Part shown: positions 26,693 through 45,200 of the stretch, piece after piece | How the letters are laid out: each line of letters begins with the position of its first letter | Position numbering within the stretch: the stretch's first letter is position 1 | NCBI GenBank assembly: GCA_001949185.1 | Contig: BDGG01000002.1 | Location: 6,500,448 to 6,564,447, forward strand | Length of the DNA: 64,000 bases | Origin: Ramazzottius varieornatus | Taxonomy: Eukaryota; Animalia; Tardigrada | Direction: 5' to 3' | Translations under genes and position numbers: made by a program | The notes under the pieces: generated by a model | What the model was told of the DNA's origin: nothing | What the model saw: only the letters and a program-made list of their open reading frames with translations | The model's database searches: none

Positions 26693-27069
26693 TTGCTGTA
26701 CGCTTCGGGTACTGTTGCTGACACTGGTAGTACTTCCCGGCCGAGGTAGTTTAACGATCGAAAGGAAAGACCAACCGAGGCTGTCAGCGCTAAGGTTGGG
26801 TTTAGTGACTGCCTTCGCGCCGCCAGCGTTGTCTCAGTCTGGCTGTGTGAACGGTGAAGTGAAATTTATTTTATGTTGGGACAAAAATAGTTGACGATTG
26901 AATTTCTCTGGGTAGAGAGGGAGGGAGAGAATGCCTCGGACCAGCGAGGACTGCCGCTGAATATGAATCGGCGATAAGGCACACTGCATGTCAGTACGTG
27001 CAGATACGCGGTAATAACAGTGCCGATTTTCGAGAGTGGGGACGTCTCATGCATTGAGTGCCTGGCTCG

Positions 27070-27099
27070 CTCCATCCATCCATCCATCCATCTATCCAT
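27070..27099. repeat. (CCAT)n microsatellite
   Basis: tccatccatccatccatccatctatccatc. Confidence 0.9.
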
Positions 27100-29567
27100 C
27101 GACCCGTTCTGGCTCCTTCTGACCGGATATGTTAGTAGTTTTGGGAAGGTAGATCTTTATCCGAAATCGCAGTAGGAAATTTTTCACTGCTGCTGACTTT
27201 GGTTCCGTGATAATGTGCGGGGGTGGAAGTAGACCACATACGGCGTTAGAATGTCGGCTCATCTGCTGCTAGCTTCCACCGTTTCTGCCCCTGATTGGAA
27301 TTATTTACCTTATTTATACAGCACAGCTGAGAAGATTTGCTGATAATTTAATTCTCGGACGCTAATGCCGGGGCTGTATCTATGGCGAGAGGTAACTAAT
27401 AATTGAGTCATGTACAGATAATTTCTAATATATTTCCAGGAATCGTCGCAGCTAGTGCGGTGCAGGCGTACACTATATAGCGAGTCTAGACTGGAATGTC
27501 ACCCGACCAAAAGCATGACGCTTAGTTCTGGCAGAATCTTATAGAGGAAAAGATCGTTAGGAAGTCTGTCGTGTCAGTTTGTTGATTGACGCTCAAATTA
27601 CCTCAGGTGAAACTGAATCAACTTCTGGCTCGTGGGCACATTAGTAGTCGTTGCGGTATCACAGCAGAGATTTACAGAAAATATTACACGGAGTCGCATT
27701 TAGAACTGTAGAACCGTCGCCTTCGGTAGAGCTGAATATTTCAAGTCTTTTCTTCCTGCAGGTACTTGGCTTGATTGCTACGGAAAAGGTTTTCGCTAGC
27801 ATACATCGGTATGTAAAGGGTGGAAGAGGTTGCAAACGATGCGCGACCGGTCTGACCGGAAGCTAGGCTTGACTCGCAGGGTCTTGCATGGGTATTTTTC
27901 TTAGATTGAGTCATTGAGATGAAGCTTCGGCAGCGGAGGGATCTCTAACCTAATAGTGAAACAGTTGTGTGTGTGTGTGTCTAGGAAAAGGGGGAGAATA
28001 TGATAAACTTGCGGTTAATGTCTTCGGAGATTCACTTGAGAGGAATGCGGCTCAAGTTACGCATGGAGGAGTATTAATACGGAAATCTAAGTAGAGGAGC
28101 TCTGTGCAAAATGCGATTGATGCAGTAATGACGGCAGCTAACACAATATTCCACACTGGTGGTGTCGGAATCCACATTTACGCGTGTTGTTGCATAATCA
28201 CTCTGTCACTAGTTCCTTGATCTTAAAGATCGATGCAAATTGTTGCGCGACCGAAGAGGAACGGGTATTACTACTCAGGAAGATTTGACAGGAAGGCCAA
28301 GTGCAACACGACTTGGTGCCTGCCAGTAAGGTGTTTTCACTTTTCAAGGTTGGCTCTCCAGCTTTTCGTGATGGAGGCTTTGTACTACCGTGAAGGGTTT
28401 CGATGGAAGGAAGAAAGTGCGCTAAGGAAAGTGTTCACTTTGGACAATGAAGTCGCTATGATTAGCCAGGCTTATGGGACTATTTGGTCGGTCCGCTGTG
28501 TTACGCTCTACTTCCGGTGCCGTAATGCACCCAATGGTCGACAGCTTTTCAGATCGCGCAGGATCGCCACGATGTCAGACGGCTGGAGTTCAGACACTTC
28601 AGCTTTTGTCGGCATTGATTCCTCCTGACTACATCCCAAACATTAGAAAAAAAACTTCAAAAAGAAATTAGACATGCAAAAAAATTGAATTGAAGTTCAG
28701 CCGATGAAAATTTCACGTCAGTACTGAATTGCGGTTTTTCCCCCTTTTTTCGAAGAAAGACGGACTGTGGTATGAAATCGGAAATTGATTTAGTAATTTA
28801 ACGCACTTGATAAAAAATCACATCATGAAGTTGTGCGATTGCCAAAAAGGGCGAATACGGTTCAGGGCTGGAATGATATCTGCGGTTGGGACAAGAGATA
28901 AACAGTAGCTGCTGCTAGGCCGAAGATGTACAATCGAGGCTCTTGTGCCAGAACCGAGTCCTGCATTGTGTACATTGCACAAATGTCGGAAAATTTTAGT
29001 GTAAATGCCATACGAGCTGTCATTCATAGTGGACCAGTAGTTGGGTATGCTGTAATGGGCCGCGTCGCTTGCGGATGAGATGGCTGGAACAACGGGGTGG
29101 TTTCTGGTTTCTGCATACAAACGCAAACGGCAAAGGCATCAGCGTTTGTGATTAACGTACGTGTGTTCGATTTTTGTTGCAGATTGATTAGCGTTGGACT
29201 CTATCGATTAAACAGGACAGCATCGAGGAGAGGACGGCGCTCGCAAATACTCCGCACGCCGAAGCGCGCTCCTGCCACCCAACCCGCAGCTCAAGCTCGC
29301 ACCGTATCGACAAACGCCGTGACTGGCAGCTATTTGCAGTCCTTACCAAACTTTGGAACAACGTCAAGGTTTGTGTTGTGTGCTTTTCCGTGAAATATCA
29401 AGGAATGGATCTTCCCTTTCTGTCGCCAGTTATACTATGCTATACGTTCATCGTTGATATCGATAGACTTTCTTGTTCTCTGATGCTGCGCATGTGAAGC
29501 TGGCTATGTGTTTGCAGGTTGACGAGGTAGTTTCTTGGTGTTAGTGAGAAAGGACCAAGCAGTCACG

Positions 29568-35899
<6,332 letters not shown>

Positions 35900-38087
35900 A
35901 ACAGCCTTCCCTTTTCCTTGTGGCCTTAACCGTTCACCCTATTCTTTTGAGATGATAAAGTTTGTCCAGTGGGCGGCTGTGAGCATTGGCTGAACGTTAT
36001 TTTTGATACCAGACTGATAGAAGTTGATGATGATTGATGGGTTTTTATTTAGACGCAGCTGTGGAGCATGAACTCTTTGGCCTGTTTTTCGTCTTGTCAT
36101 ACCACTAGTATATCTCTCTCTTTGCTTCCAGACATCTGGTCCCTTTGTTGTCGCGTGATGTCCATGTGAGTTTTTTGACTGATATAGTGTAAAGTGCTAG
36201 TCAGCTGGGACATTGTACGGACCGATTCGTGTTGGATGAGAGGCCCGGCAGTGGGTGAAATATTTGGGTGATGTGTGTAGCGATCAGCCGATCGGTATGA
36301 CATCACATGCAAAGCCGGAACTGCCAGCACCGGGCGGATTTTTTGCACGGACTGGGTCCGTATAGTGTCCCAGCTGATCAGCACTTTACCGTACGTAGGG
36401 CTTTCGTTTCTTTGGCGGTATGATTTCCTAGTTGAAAGTACGCTGTGCTGCTGATGAGATAGTACCACAGGAAGTTGGCTCTTTCTGTAGTCCGGAAGTG
36501 ATGATTAACCCCTTAGAACAGCCGGCGCCTAACCGCTTGTAACTCTGCACCCGTCCGGCTATCTGCCGTCAAGTCCACACCGGAAGAAACCACCACGTCG
36601 TCCCGCACACCTGAACTCTCACCAGCATGACGCCCACCCAACGAGCCTAATTTGCTGCATGGTACCTTGTTTATCATTAACTATTATTTTGGTTTTACTT
36701 TCGTTCAACCTGTGTTTGGCCGTTTCACTTGGTTACGTTGTCTGCTGAAAGACGAAGCCCCGGGGTCGACGAGTTTGCTCGGGTTGTCCGGAGACTGCAA
36801 CTGCGATGGAGACCAGCGGTTCTCCATCGCAGTTCGGACCCTCGAGTCGTTCAAGGAAAGGAAGTAGCTCCCGTCAGATCAGTGCGTTCTTCCCAAGTCG
36901 AGTTCGTTCAGAGGAGAATTTCAAAAAATAGGGACGCTATTTGAGAGTGTACGTAATCCGTGGTAGCTTTGTTGGGAACCGAGTAATCAGCATGCTTGTC
37001 TTTGGCTCACAGGCACTAACAAGTGAATCTATGGATCGCTATGTTCCTCCAAGAGGTCAGGCAGTTTCCTGCCTGGCGCTATTGTCGTCGCACCTTGGCA
37101 CGGCGGTTCTTGACGTACCGCAAACGGGGCAACAGCACGGCAACAACGTCCAGCAAACTCGGGTGACCCCTCATCGATAGAGACAAAGCGTCTTTTTAAT
37201 ATTTTCTTTTTCTGTTCTTCGGTAAACGCCCTTGTTTGAGAGGTTCTTCTGCAGGCTCGCAGAAGGCATCCAGTTTTATCTTTTACTGTAGAACTTTCGT
37301 TTTAAAGTCGGCTGTTCATCCTGCTTGTGTCAGCAAGTGTGTCCGATCGACTGCCTGTTCAAAATTTTGCGATTTTGAAGCATGCTGGCGCTTTGTTTCC
37401 CTTTCGAATTTGTCAACGCTTCGTGGTTTTATCATATTAGCAATCCAGTATAATTACGCATAGTACGCCGTAGTACGTTAGACGATGATGTTTCCCGGTC
37501 GCACCCTCTCTGATATTTGATCTGATACAAATGTGTTTATCCGGTATATTGATACAATAACAAGAATACTAGAACCACATCGATTCTACTTCCGCAAACG
37601 GTTTTCGGTCTCCCACATTCCACCAGTTTATGCTCCGAGACCGGAGAAAGCTGGACAAATTTGAAGGCTCGATGGGCTCCAAGTTGGCGAAGATCTCCCT
37701 TTCGTCGGAAATGCCACGGTATAACACCTCACAACCGATAGTCGGTCCTTCTCGAAAACGCTAATCGATTACAATAAGTGACATCAAGAATGAAGGAACG
37801 ACTAGAGTAAGTCGACCAGCCTGCCCTAATCCTAAACGCATGAATTGTCCCCAAAAAGGCGACAAACTAACCAGTCCGTCCCCAGCAGCAGCTCCTGGGT
37901 ATTTGATGACGAGTTCCTCGTGTTGTTCGACACCGCAAGAACGCATGCAGCAAGTTCGACGCTCCTGTTCTAACTTGTCCCGTTCAATGCCCGGGATAGA
38001 TGGTATGCGAAGTCCCTTCCTGGTTCCTCTTTACCATACTGTGCTTCCCGCCACTCGTTGTTACCTGGTAAATTATTTTCTCCTCAG

Positions 38088-38486
38088 GGAACGAATCACA
38101 GTCAGCAAATACTCGAGGAGACCAGCCTATGGCGCCACGGAGGCCAGGTCCACGTTATGCACTCGCGCTTGAGTCTGGAAGACCCGAACCTGGATGACCA
38201 CATCAAGGCGACTATCCGGCGGCTTTCAAAGTTCTCCGCCGGGTCCGCCGGTCTGCCCATCACAAGTAGCGAGGTGGACCGCGTGCAAAAGAGCTACGTC
38301 AGCGCGTACAGCACGCCGTTGGGAGACACCATCGTGGAAGAGGGTGTGATTGAGTATGCCGACACGCCCGACAAGTCTACGAGCTTGGATGCCTTGGACG
38401 GTCAGGTGGCACTCGACCAGTCCTATGTCCACCCGAAGGTCTTCACTAGCCCAAAGACCGGAAGTCGTAACACTATCACACCTTGA
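38088..38486 (+). CDS. PMCA: Probable distal alternative terminal exon of PMCA (132 aa)
   Basis: Strong acceptor ttttctcctcag at 38087; phase 0, matching the donor at 34958; open frame with coding-like GC3 bias; contains EETSL. Confidence 0.6.
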   Translation, partial: GTNHSQQILEETSLWRHGGQVHVMHSRLSLEDPNLDDHIKATIRRLSKFSAGSAGLPITSSEVDRVQKSYVSAYSTPLGDTIVEEGVIEYADTPDKSTSLDALDGQVALDQSYVHPKVFTSPKTGSRNTITP

Positions 38487-38912
38487 TTACATCGTACTCG
38501 TACCGTTTGTACTGTCGACTGTGTTTTGTACCTTGTGAAGTGCCCTGTATTATTTGTTCTTGCTCTGATACCACGGTAGACTTAAGGATCGATGAGAAAT
38601 GTTTCATTTGAGCATCAAGAACGCATCGTAGAAGGACAAACGAGTTACGGTAAGCATTATATACCAGACGACCCAAAAACATTTGAATTTCAAAAAGATG
38701 AATTTAAGTTAAATTCGGTGAATATGGCTTAGGAAGAGCGAACATGGTAAGTCCGCTCGAAAAACTCGCAGCTGACCACGATACAAACAAGAAATGTCAA
38801 AAACAGCCCCATAAAAATCGACATGATCAGTAACCACAGTTTGGGCAAATTCTGTAACAACTTCATCGACCTACTCAAAGGCGAGTTTCTTATAAGTTTC
38901 TTGCAAACGATC

Positions 38913-40081
38913 TTAACTGCAGCACTTCGAAAGTTCTTGGCGCGGTTTCGGTAAGGACTGTGGTTCCGGAGCCTACGAAGAAGGTAATGCATAGAGTTCC
39001 AATAATCATATATCCGTTGCGTGTGCAATGACGTCCGATATACGGATAGGACGTTCGTACCTTGTCTTTGTTCGGGCCTTTGTCAAGAATAGCTTCTGAT
39101 AGTTCGTAAAAGGCTCGCTCTACGTTGATGTTTGCTTTGGCGCTGGTTTCCAGGAAGCGTATACCGTGCTGCCGAGCAATATCTTCTCCTCTTTCGCGGG
39201 TTATCGCCCGTCTGTCTTCCATATCACATTTGTTGCCCAAAAGCATCTTCTCCACGTCTTCATTCGCATGCTATAAAGACAATGTATGCATAGAGGGAGT
39301 AAGTTTCTAAAACAGGGTACAGTCAAAAGCTAAATTAATTCTTGATTTATAGTGTATTGTATAGTGTTAACCAAGGGACCCCACGACTACGCACCTCTTC
39401 GATATTCCGCAGCCATTTAGCAATGTTGTCAAAGCTTTTTGGCTGAGTTATGTCGTAAACTAGCATGATTCCCATGGCGCCCCGGTAGTAGGACGTCGTT
39501 ATTGTGTGGAAACGCTCCTGGCCGGCGGTATCCCTGGAAAAAACAATTGACTATTGAGCTGAAACTGTGCGTGTGAAATCCTCTACGACTTCGAAGCGAC
39601 TACAAGCCAACTTCACGCTCCAAAGAGCAAACCTGACTGTCCGAGCCTCAGCATTAGTAATGCTGATTCACGAGGGCCATTGATAGCCCATGTGACATGG
39701 CGCATCAATCAATGGAAGCTACCATCGCTTTGATAAGCTCGGTAATGCTAACTTAAGCTGGACAATGTTTGCTGTTTAGCAACATTCCAGACTTACCATA
39801 TCTGAAGTTTAATTTTCTTTCCTTTCAGCTCGATCGTCTTGATTTTAAAATCGATACCTGTAAGAAGAGTCTCATATCAAACTGCCTAGACGAAACGCAG
39901 AAGACCTAAGATCACTACGTATCTCATGCATGTACGGTTCGAACAACTGCATACCGATCGTGGAAATGAAAGTTGTGTTGAAGGCATCATCAGAAAACCG
40001 AAACAAGATACAAGTCTTGCCAACTCCAGAGTCTCCGATAAGGAGAAGTTTGAACAAAAGATCATAAGAACGCTTCGCCAT
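38913..40081 (-). CDS. RAB10: Ras-related protein Rab10
   Basis: Exons ~39955-40081, 39798-39858, 39396-39534, 39061-39270, 38913-38972. [48 protein letters not shown] (Rab10-type), GNKCD, ETSAK; C-terminal KCCS* prenylation motif. Confidence 0.95.
39626..39773. repeat. Nested inverted-repeat element in Rab10 intron 2
   Basis: Outer agcaaac..tgtcc / ggaca..gtttgct; perfect TCAGCATTA-g-TAATGCTGA (39648-39666); inner CCATTGAT..CCATG-tga-CATGG..ATCAATGG. Confidence 0.55.
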
Positions 40082-40519
40082 AGCGCCGTGACCACCAGTT
40101 TCTCGTCCACGCCTCACGAACTGTCGGTCGCGGTGGAATCTAATGATTCAGGCCCGTCCTATCTCTCTGCAAACAAAGAGCACCATTAGCATGTAATGTA
40201 AGGGAGATGATACGGCATTGACTGCAGTAAACCACATGGACAGTTCGGATAAGACGACAAGATAACAACATTACGCTTCAGACCTTGTTACAGTGTGCCA
40301 GTGTCAGTCGCACCTTCGTCTACCCCTTGCATCCCCAATGGCGATCCTGTCGTTCGAGATCCCAGCAAGTATGCGTTGTCCAAGGCACCTGCTTGAAGAG
40401 AAACAAAGGTGGTTTCCGTGGCTGTTGGGAATATTTTGTGATCCATTTCCAAAGGTTTCCAGGTCAAAACTTTGGCCCTCGATGATCGGGGGCTCCGAAA
40501 GGGCAGCCCCAAAAAGCTG

Positions 40520-40790
40520 AAGGGCCGTAACTTGACCTTTTTCTTCCTTTTTTTGGACGGGAAAACTGGGAAGATCGGATCACGCGATAAGTTTGGACAT
40601 TTTGTTGTTGTTGTTGTCTTTTGGCCATTTTGGAGCCAAGTATCCCCTCGGGCTTTCGAAACTCTTCTGCACATAACACTGGTTACGTGGACGCACAGTA
40701 AGTTTTAGTTTGGATAATCGGTTCGTTGACACGAGCCAAAAACCTAGAAGCCAAAAATATCTCGATCTCGTCGTTGGAAGAACACGAGGT
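40520..40790. promoter_or_regulatory. Probable bidirectional promoter Rab10 (-) / TEX264 (+)
   Basis: Head-to-head genes; plus-strand 5'UTR donor GAG|GTAAGT at 40788; Rab10 5'UTR acceptor near 40166. Confidence 0.45.
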
Positions 40791-41080
40791 AAGTCTAACG
40801 TTTCATTGCTGTTATCCAGTTGCGAGACTGGACTGAGAGCTGATGTAGCTAGTGCTAGTCCAAGATGAGTGACCCGTACCGTTTCTCCACAGTTCTGCCG
40901 TCGAGATTACCTTATCCCTGGGAAGGCAACCAACATCGAGCTGGAATAATGGACCTGAGCGGGATCCTGTAAGATCAGTCCACGATTCTAATTGAAAATC
41001 CTGAACTATTCCTGCATTATGATACATGGACACCTGGTACGTTAAAGCAGACACGAAGACAATGGTTCTTTTGCAGGGCA

Positions 41081-42215
41081 ATGGCCATCATGTTCGTCCT
41101 GGTGTGCATATTTGGCACCATTGGTGGACTGCTGTTCTACCTCGGGATGTTTAAGGAGATCCTTGTCAACGTCGGGAAACCACCTATTCGGAAAGCCAGA
41201 ATATTCTACAAGGTAGGTTTCATGCTCATCACACATTTACGATACCTTATTATGGACACAGGGGAAAATTCGAGCAGAAGACCTTATGTGGATGTTCATA
41301 AGACTTTACTTACAGTTCGCTCGTGGAGACTATAAGGAAAGCGGGGCGTTGTTCGAGGAGCTGAACAAACTGGCCCCTGGTCTTCGGTCTCTGGGAGTGT
41401 ATTACGACGACCCTGAAAAGGTTGGTCCGTCCGTTTTGTTTGTTTTTTATGGGGGGAGACTTTCCATCTGTCAGCGTTATCGAACATGTCACGTTTCCGT
41501 CTTACTTTTTTCCTTGCGTAATGTTTCAGACGTCTCCGATGGGCCGTCGTTACATCATCGGAAGCATACTAGAAGAGAACGGAGTACCCGGCTTGGAAGA
41601 TAGGGAACGTCTGAAGGAAATCGAAGATGCACTGAAGGCCGGTGGCTTCAAAGAAACGGAACTTCCTGAAGCTGAGAACGCCGTCTCGGCGGACTTCCCC
41701 TGGAGGTACCGTAACATCTTCCTATAACAGTAACCCCGTAAGTATAGACAGCTTGATCATGCAACCTCTACTTCAGCGATTTTGTTCTGTTTTTAGGACT
41801 GGATTCAGCGTCTACATCGCTGTTAACCGTGTCTACGGAGTCTTGAACAACTTCGTCAAGGTTGGTTAGATAGCATTTTCGGGGAAACCACTGCGCGTGC
41901 TTACACTGGTATTGCCGTGTTCACTCTCGGATAGAGAGATGGTTTGTGCTGAGAGTTCGGGGTAAAGTTGGCTGTGTTTTGTAGGAGAAGAGACTGGACG
42001 TGGGTCCCTACGTCGAGCTGTATGACGCGAAAGCCGAGAAGATTCACTTCTTCGCACCCTTAGACAAGCAAGACCAGTTCTACGTTCTGGAGTGCTTGGA
42101 AGCCGCCAACGAAGACGATGAAGATTTTGACGACCTATCGCCAGAGAGTGGAAACGACGAAGAAGCTGCCGATGACGCTGAAACCAAAGCGGAATCTGCT
42201 CAAGAAGAGCAATGA
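41081..42215 (+). CDS. TEX264: TEX264 homolog (ER-phagy receptor; N-terminal TM, GyrI-like domain, acidic tail), ~235 aa
   Basis: Exons 41081-41212, 41316-41420, 41530-41705, 41797-41860, 41985-42215. YKFARGDYKESGALFEE, LRSLGVYYDDP, RYIIGSIL, GPYVELY, FFAPLDKQDQFYV match the TEX264 pattern. Confidence 0.88.
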
Positions 42216-45200
42216 TCGTGATCGTGATCGCACTGGTAAAAGGTGGTACATATTCTCACGTCATCTGAGCGTTGTCTTATAAAGGCTCCCAAGGTAGGAC
42301 CAATGCATATGATTGAATTGAAATCCACAAATCATTTTGTACAGTTTGATCTTCTTGAGGTTTACTGGCTGATCCTGTGATTGTGACATGGACAAGAAAG
42401 GAGTTTTACGCGTCGGAGTTAAGAGAGTTAAGTTTGAAACAGTGTCTGATCGGCAACCTGAATTTCACGGACTTGTAGACGTTGCTGTCTAGTTAATGAT
42501 GTAGGTTTTCCCCTTGCGATGCGACCTTCTTGGCTCTTCTTGCTTGGGGTGGCTGAATCGTTAAACTACTTTCGACCTTGTGAAAGGTCGATAGTTTTTC
42601 AGCGCGAGTTATCGTTGGTCCTTATTAGGCTCTGTGTCTTTGGTTTAGTCCTCACTTCCGGTTGGCAACAGGTGTCATAATATCTTTTTCCCTAGGCACA
42701 GAGACCTTCTCATTGGAAGGTTCAGCTGGAAACAAGCAGGGTTACATATTTCGGATGGGGCGAGCGGAAGAAGGAAGGCCCTTGTATACAGTATGATTAT
42801 TGTGTTTTTTCTCCTGGTTTATGAATGTCATGTTGACAAGGGAGGGAGAGAGTGGGTAGTGTGAATAGTAAACGAAGGATGCAGCCAGTAGCAGCTCCTA
42901 GCTAGTATAGGGTACCCAGTGTGCACTTATCGATTAGATACTCATCCGGCCGGAAGGCTGCCACCCGTAATTCCTTCTGTGTTGTCTGATTAATGGAGGG
43001 AGCTCCCCTTGTATGTGTTTTGTGCCATGCTCGTGTAGTACACAGCGTGCGCACTGTGGTATGTCCAAGTGAGACATTAGTATACATACCAAGCTGGAAG
43101 GAAGTCCCATTAACACAACCTTGCGGAACAGAGCAAACCCGCGCGTATTAGTTTTACATCGCGCAGATGACAGATATTAATTAACTCATACATCAAACAC
43201 TTCTTCACTTCTCTGCATTTTTTCCCTGACTATTTGTTTTCGTAGTACGATAGCTTTCCGTTGGAATGATGCATGTGAATTGACCTTCTTGTCTTTCATC
43301 GAGGTATCTTCTTAAGGTGATTAGTTCATACAACAGGAATATTTTCACGTCGACCCTCACAGCACTTCCGTTCGACATTTCGGCTTCGATGGTTTTGCAC
43401 CGGTTGGCCTTTTTCTTTGATGGCGCAAGGATTGTCTTGTTTGATGAATGTTGGAGGGTAAAAAATAGTGGCAGCGCTTGACGGACTTGCATCCAAGTAT
43501 CCGAATTCCTTTCTGTCAATATATCTATATGGCTGTGCTGATATATAATAGGGTCCTGCTTTGGTGAACCACGGCTTCGATCATCCATTTCCGCCAGAGA
43601 ACTGACGGACATCTCGCGTGCTGCTTATAATGGCGCCATAAAGGAAAGCATAAATCCTGGGCAGTGTATGAAGAAAGACACGCCTCTTTACTCCTCCAAT
43701 ACAAACGGGCCCATTCTTTGCCTCCTGTCACATCCGGCGTCTTGCTACAAAAGACCAAGGAGGAGATCGGGGTGGTCCGCCATAACGATACGATATCTTT
43801 TCATGTTGGATAGAGCAAGGGTTCTTTGGCCCCCAATATGCACTTGGCATGCTCTCAAGAACCTGCTTCACTCCAGGATTTCTTACCTACCATCTCCTTC
43901 AACCTCGAACTCAGCTTTGAATCCGACGCTCATTACTAGCCCGAAAGATACGTCCATATCTCATCCCGTAACTGTCATCAATTTTCGTACCTGATCTGTC
44001 GTTCCAGAGCGGAAGTTGACGTGAATACTAGGATATCTTTGTGGATACCTGAACGCGGACACCTGACACGCAGGAAGGCACAACCGGAATTATTTGCATG
44101 GTGAGTGTTTGCTTACAATTTGTGTTGTTGATTGGGCAGACGGAATGCGTGAGAAGGTCTGTCTACCTTGCAACGACCCCCAATAACCTTCACGCAGAAC
44201 GGCTGTTGAAATAGCGTATTCTGGTCGTTCGTAGGTTTGTTAGCGTTATCTCTCCTTAAGCAGTTCTCGTCTGAAGCTGCCAGGGTGCGCATGATGCGGC
44301 AAGAGCCAGATTGTATCTGGTGGCGAAATATCAAGCTGCTCATTTGTCACTAACCGGGCCAACCGTCTTGCATGTCGTATTTAATGAAACATGAAAACGC
44401 CCTTGATTAGCTTGTCGAGTTCCATGCAGAGCACTTAGAAAGCTTTTACGGCTCATTCTGGAACTTTGTCCCCACTCGACGATGGAAGAGGACAAATTTT
44501 ATTGAGGAACGATTTGTCGTCATCGGTCTGAGTGTGGTTCGTGAATTGCGCGGACGACGGTCCTTCGAGATGTCGTGCTTTAAAATAAACGCATCTTCAA
44601 AGTATATCCGATGGATTATCTCTCAAAATTCCAGTGAAGGAATGTGCTGTGTAACGTGGGGAACCGCTTGTAATGCCGAGCTGAAACAGGGTCGTTACTT
44701 TTAAGGGCTCGTCTGGTGACTTTCACTGGCTGGCCTGGAATTGCAGGAGGAGTACTGCTGCTGGTGGTGCTAGCTGGACCATTTCACTTTGATCGATTAC
44801 GTCGATTTGTTTGCACAATAACGGCGGAGAACTAGCCTCCCTAACAGTTTTATGATCGTAAATTCATAGAATTGCTTTTTGGCAAATCGATGACGGCAAG
44901 CGTTTTTTGCTCTCTTCCCCTCCTCGCATGTAACCCCCAAATATAACTTTATTAGTTTCTGAACAAAACGGTGACCTCCTCGTTAAGGTTCTTCCTTGCT
45001 GGCTTGCTTTGAGGTGTAGCCTGACAAAGTAGGGCCAACGATTTTGCCTTGCATTAGATTGGGTTGTAATCTAATGAAGAGGAAGTGGACTTTTTGGCGC
45101 TTTAGGAGGGTTGCACTGGAGCACGGATGAGCTGGTGCGAGAAATCATTTAATGCGTCACTGGAGGACTCCTAATTCTCTTTCAGCACAAGGACGTCAAA

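Noticed and set aside
37573-38172. Open frame interrupted by one TAA (37762): possible stop readthrough
   Set aside because: TAA-T is a poor readthrough context, the acceptor is weak and there is no homology; likely chance.
41026-41076. Upstream micro-exon adding MDTWA to TEX264
   Set aside because: In frame, but needs a 40 nt intron, shorter than any other seen here; unsupported without reads.
42564-45076. Small hairpins at ~42564-42597 and 45052-45076
   Set aside because: 8-9 bp stems are expected by chance in 64 kb.
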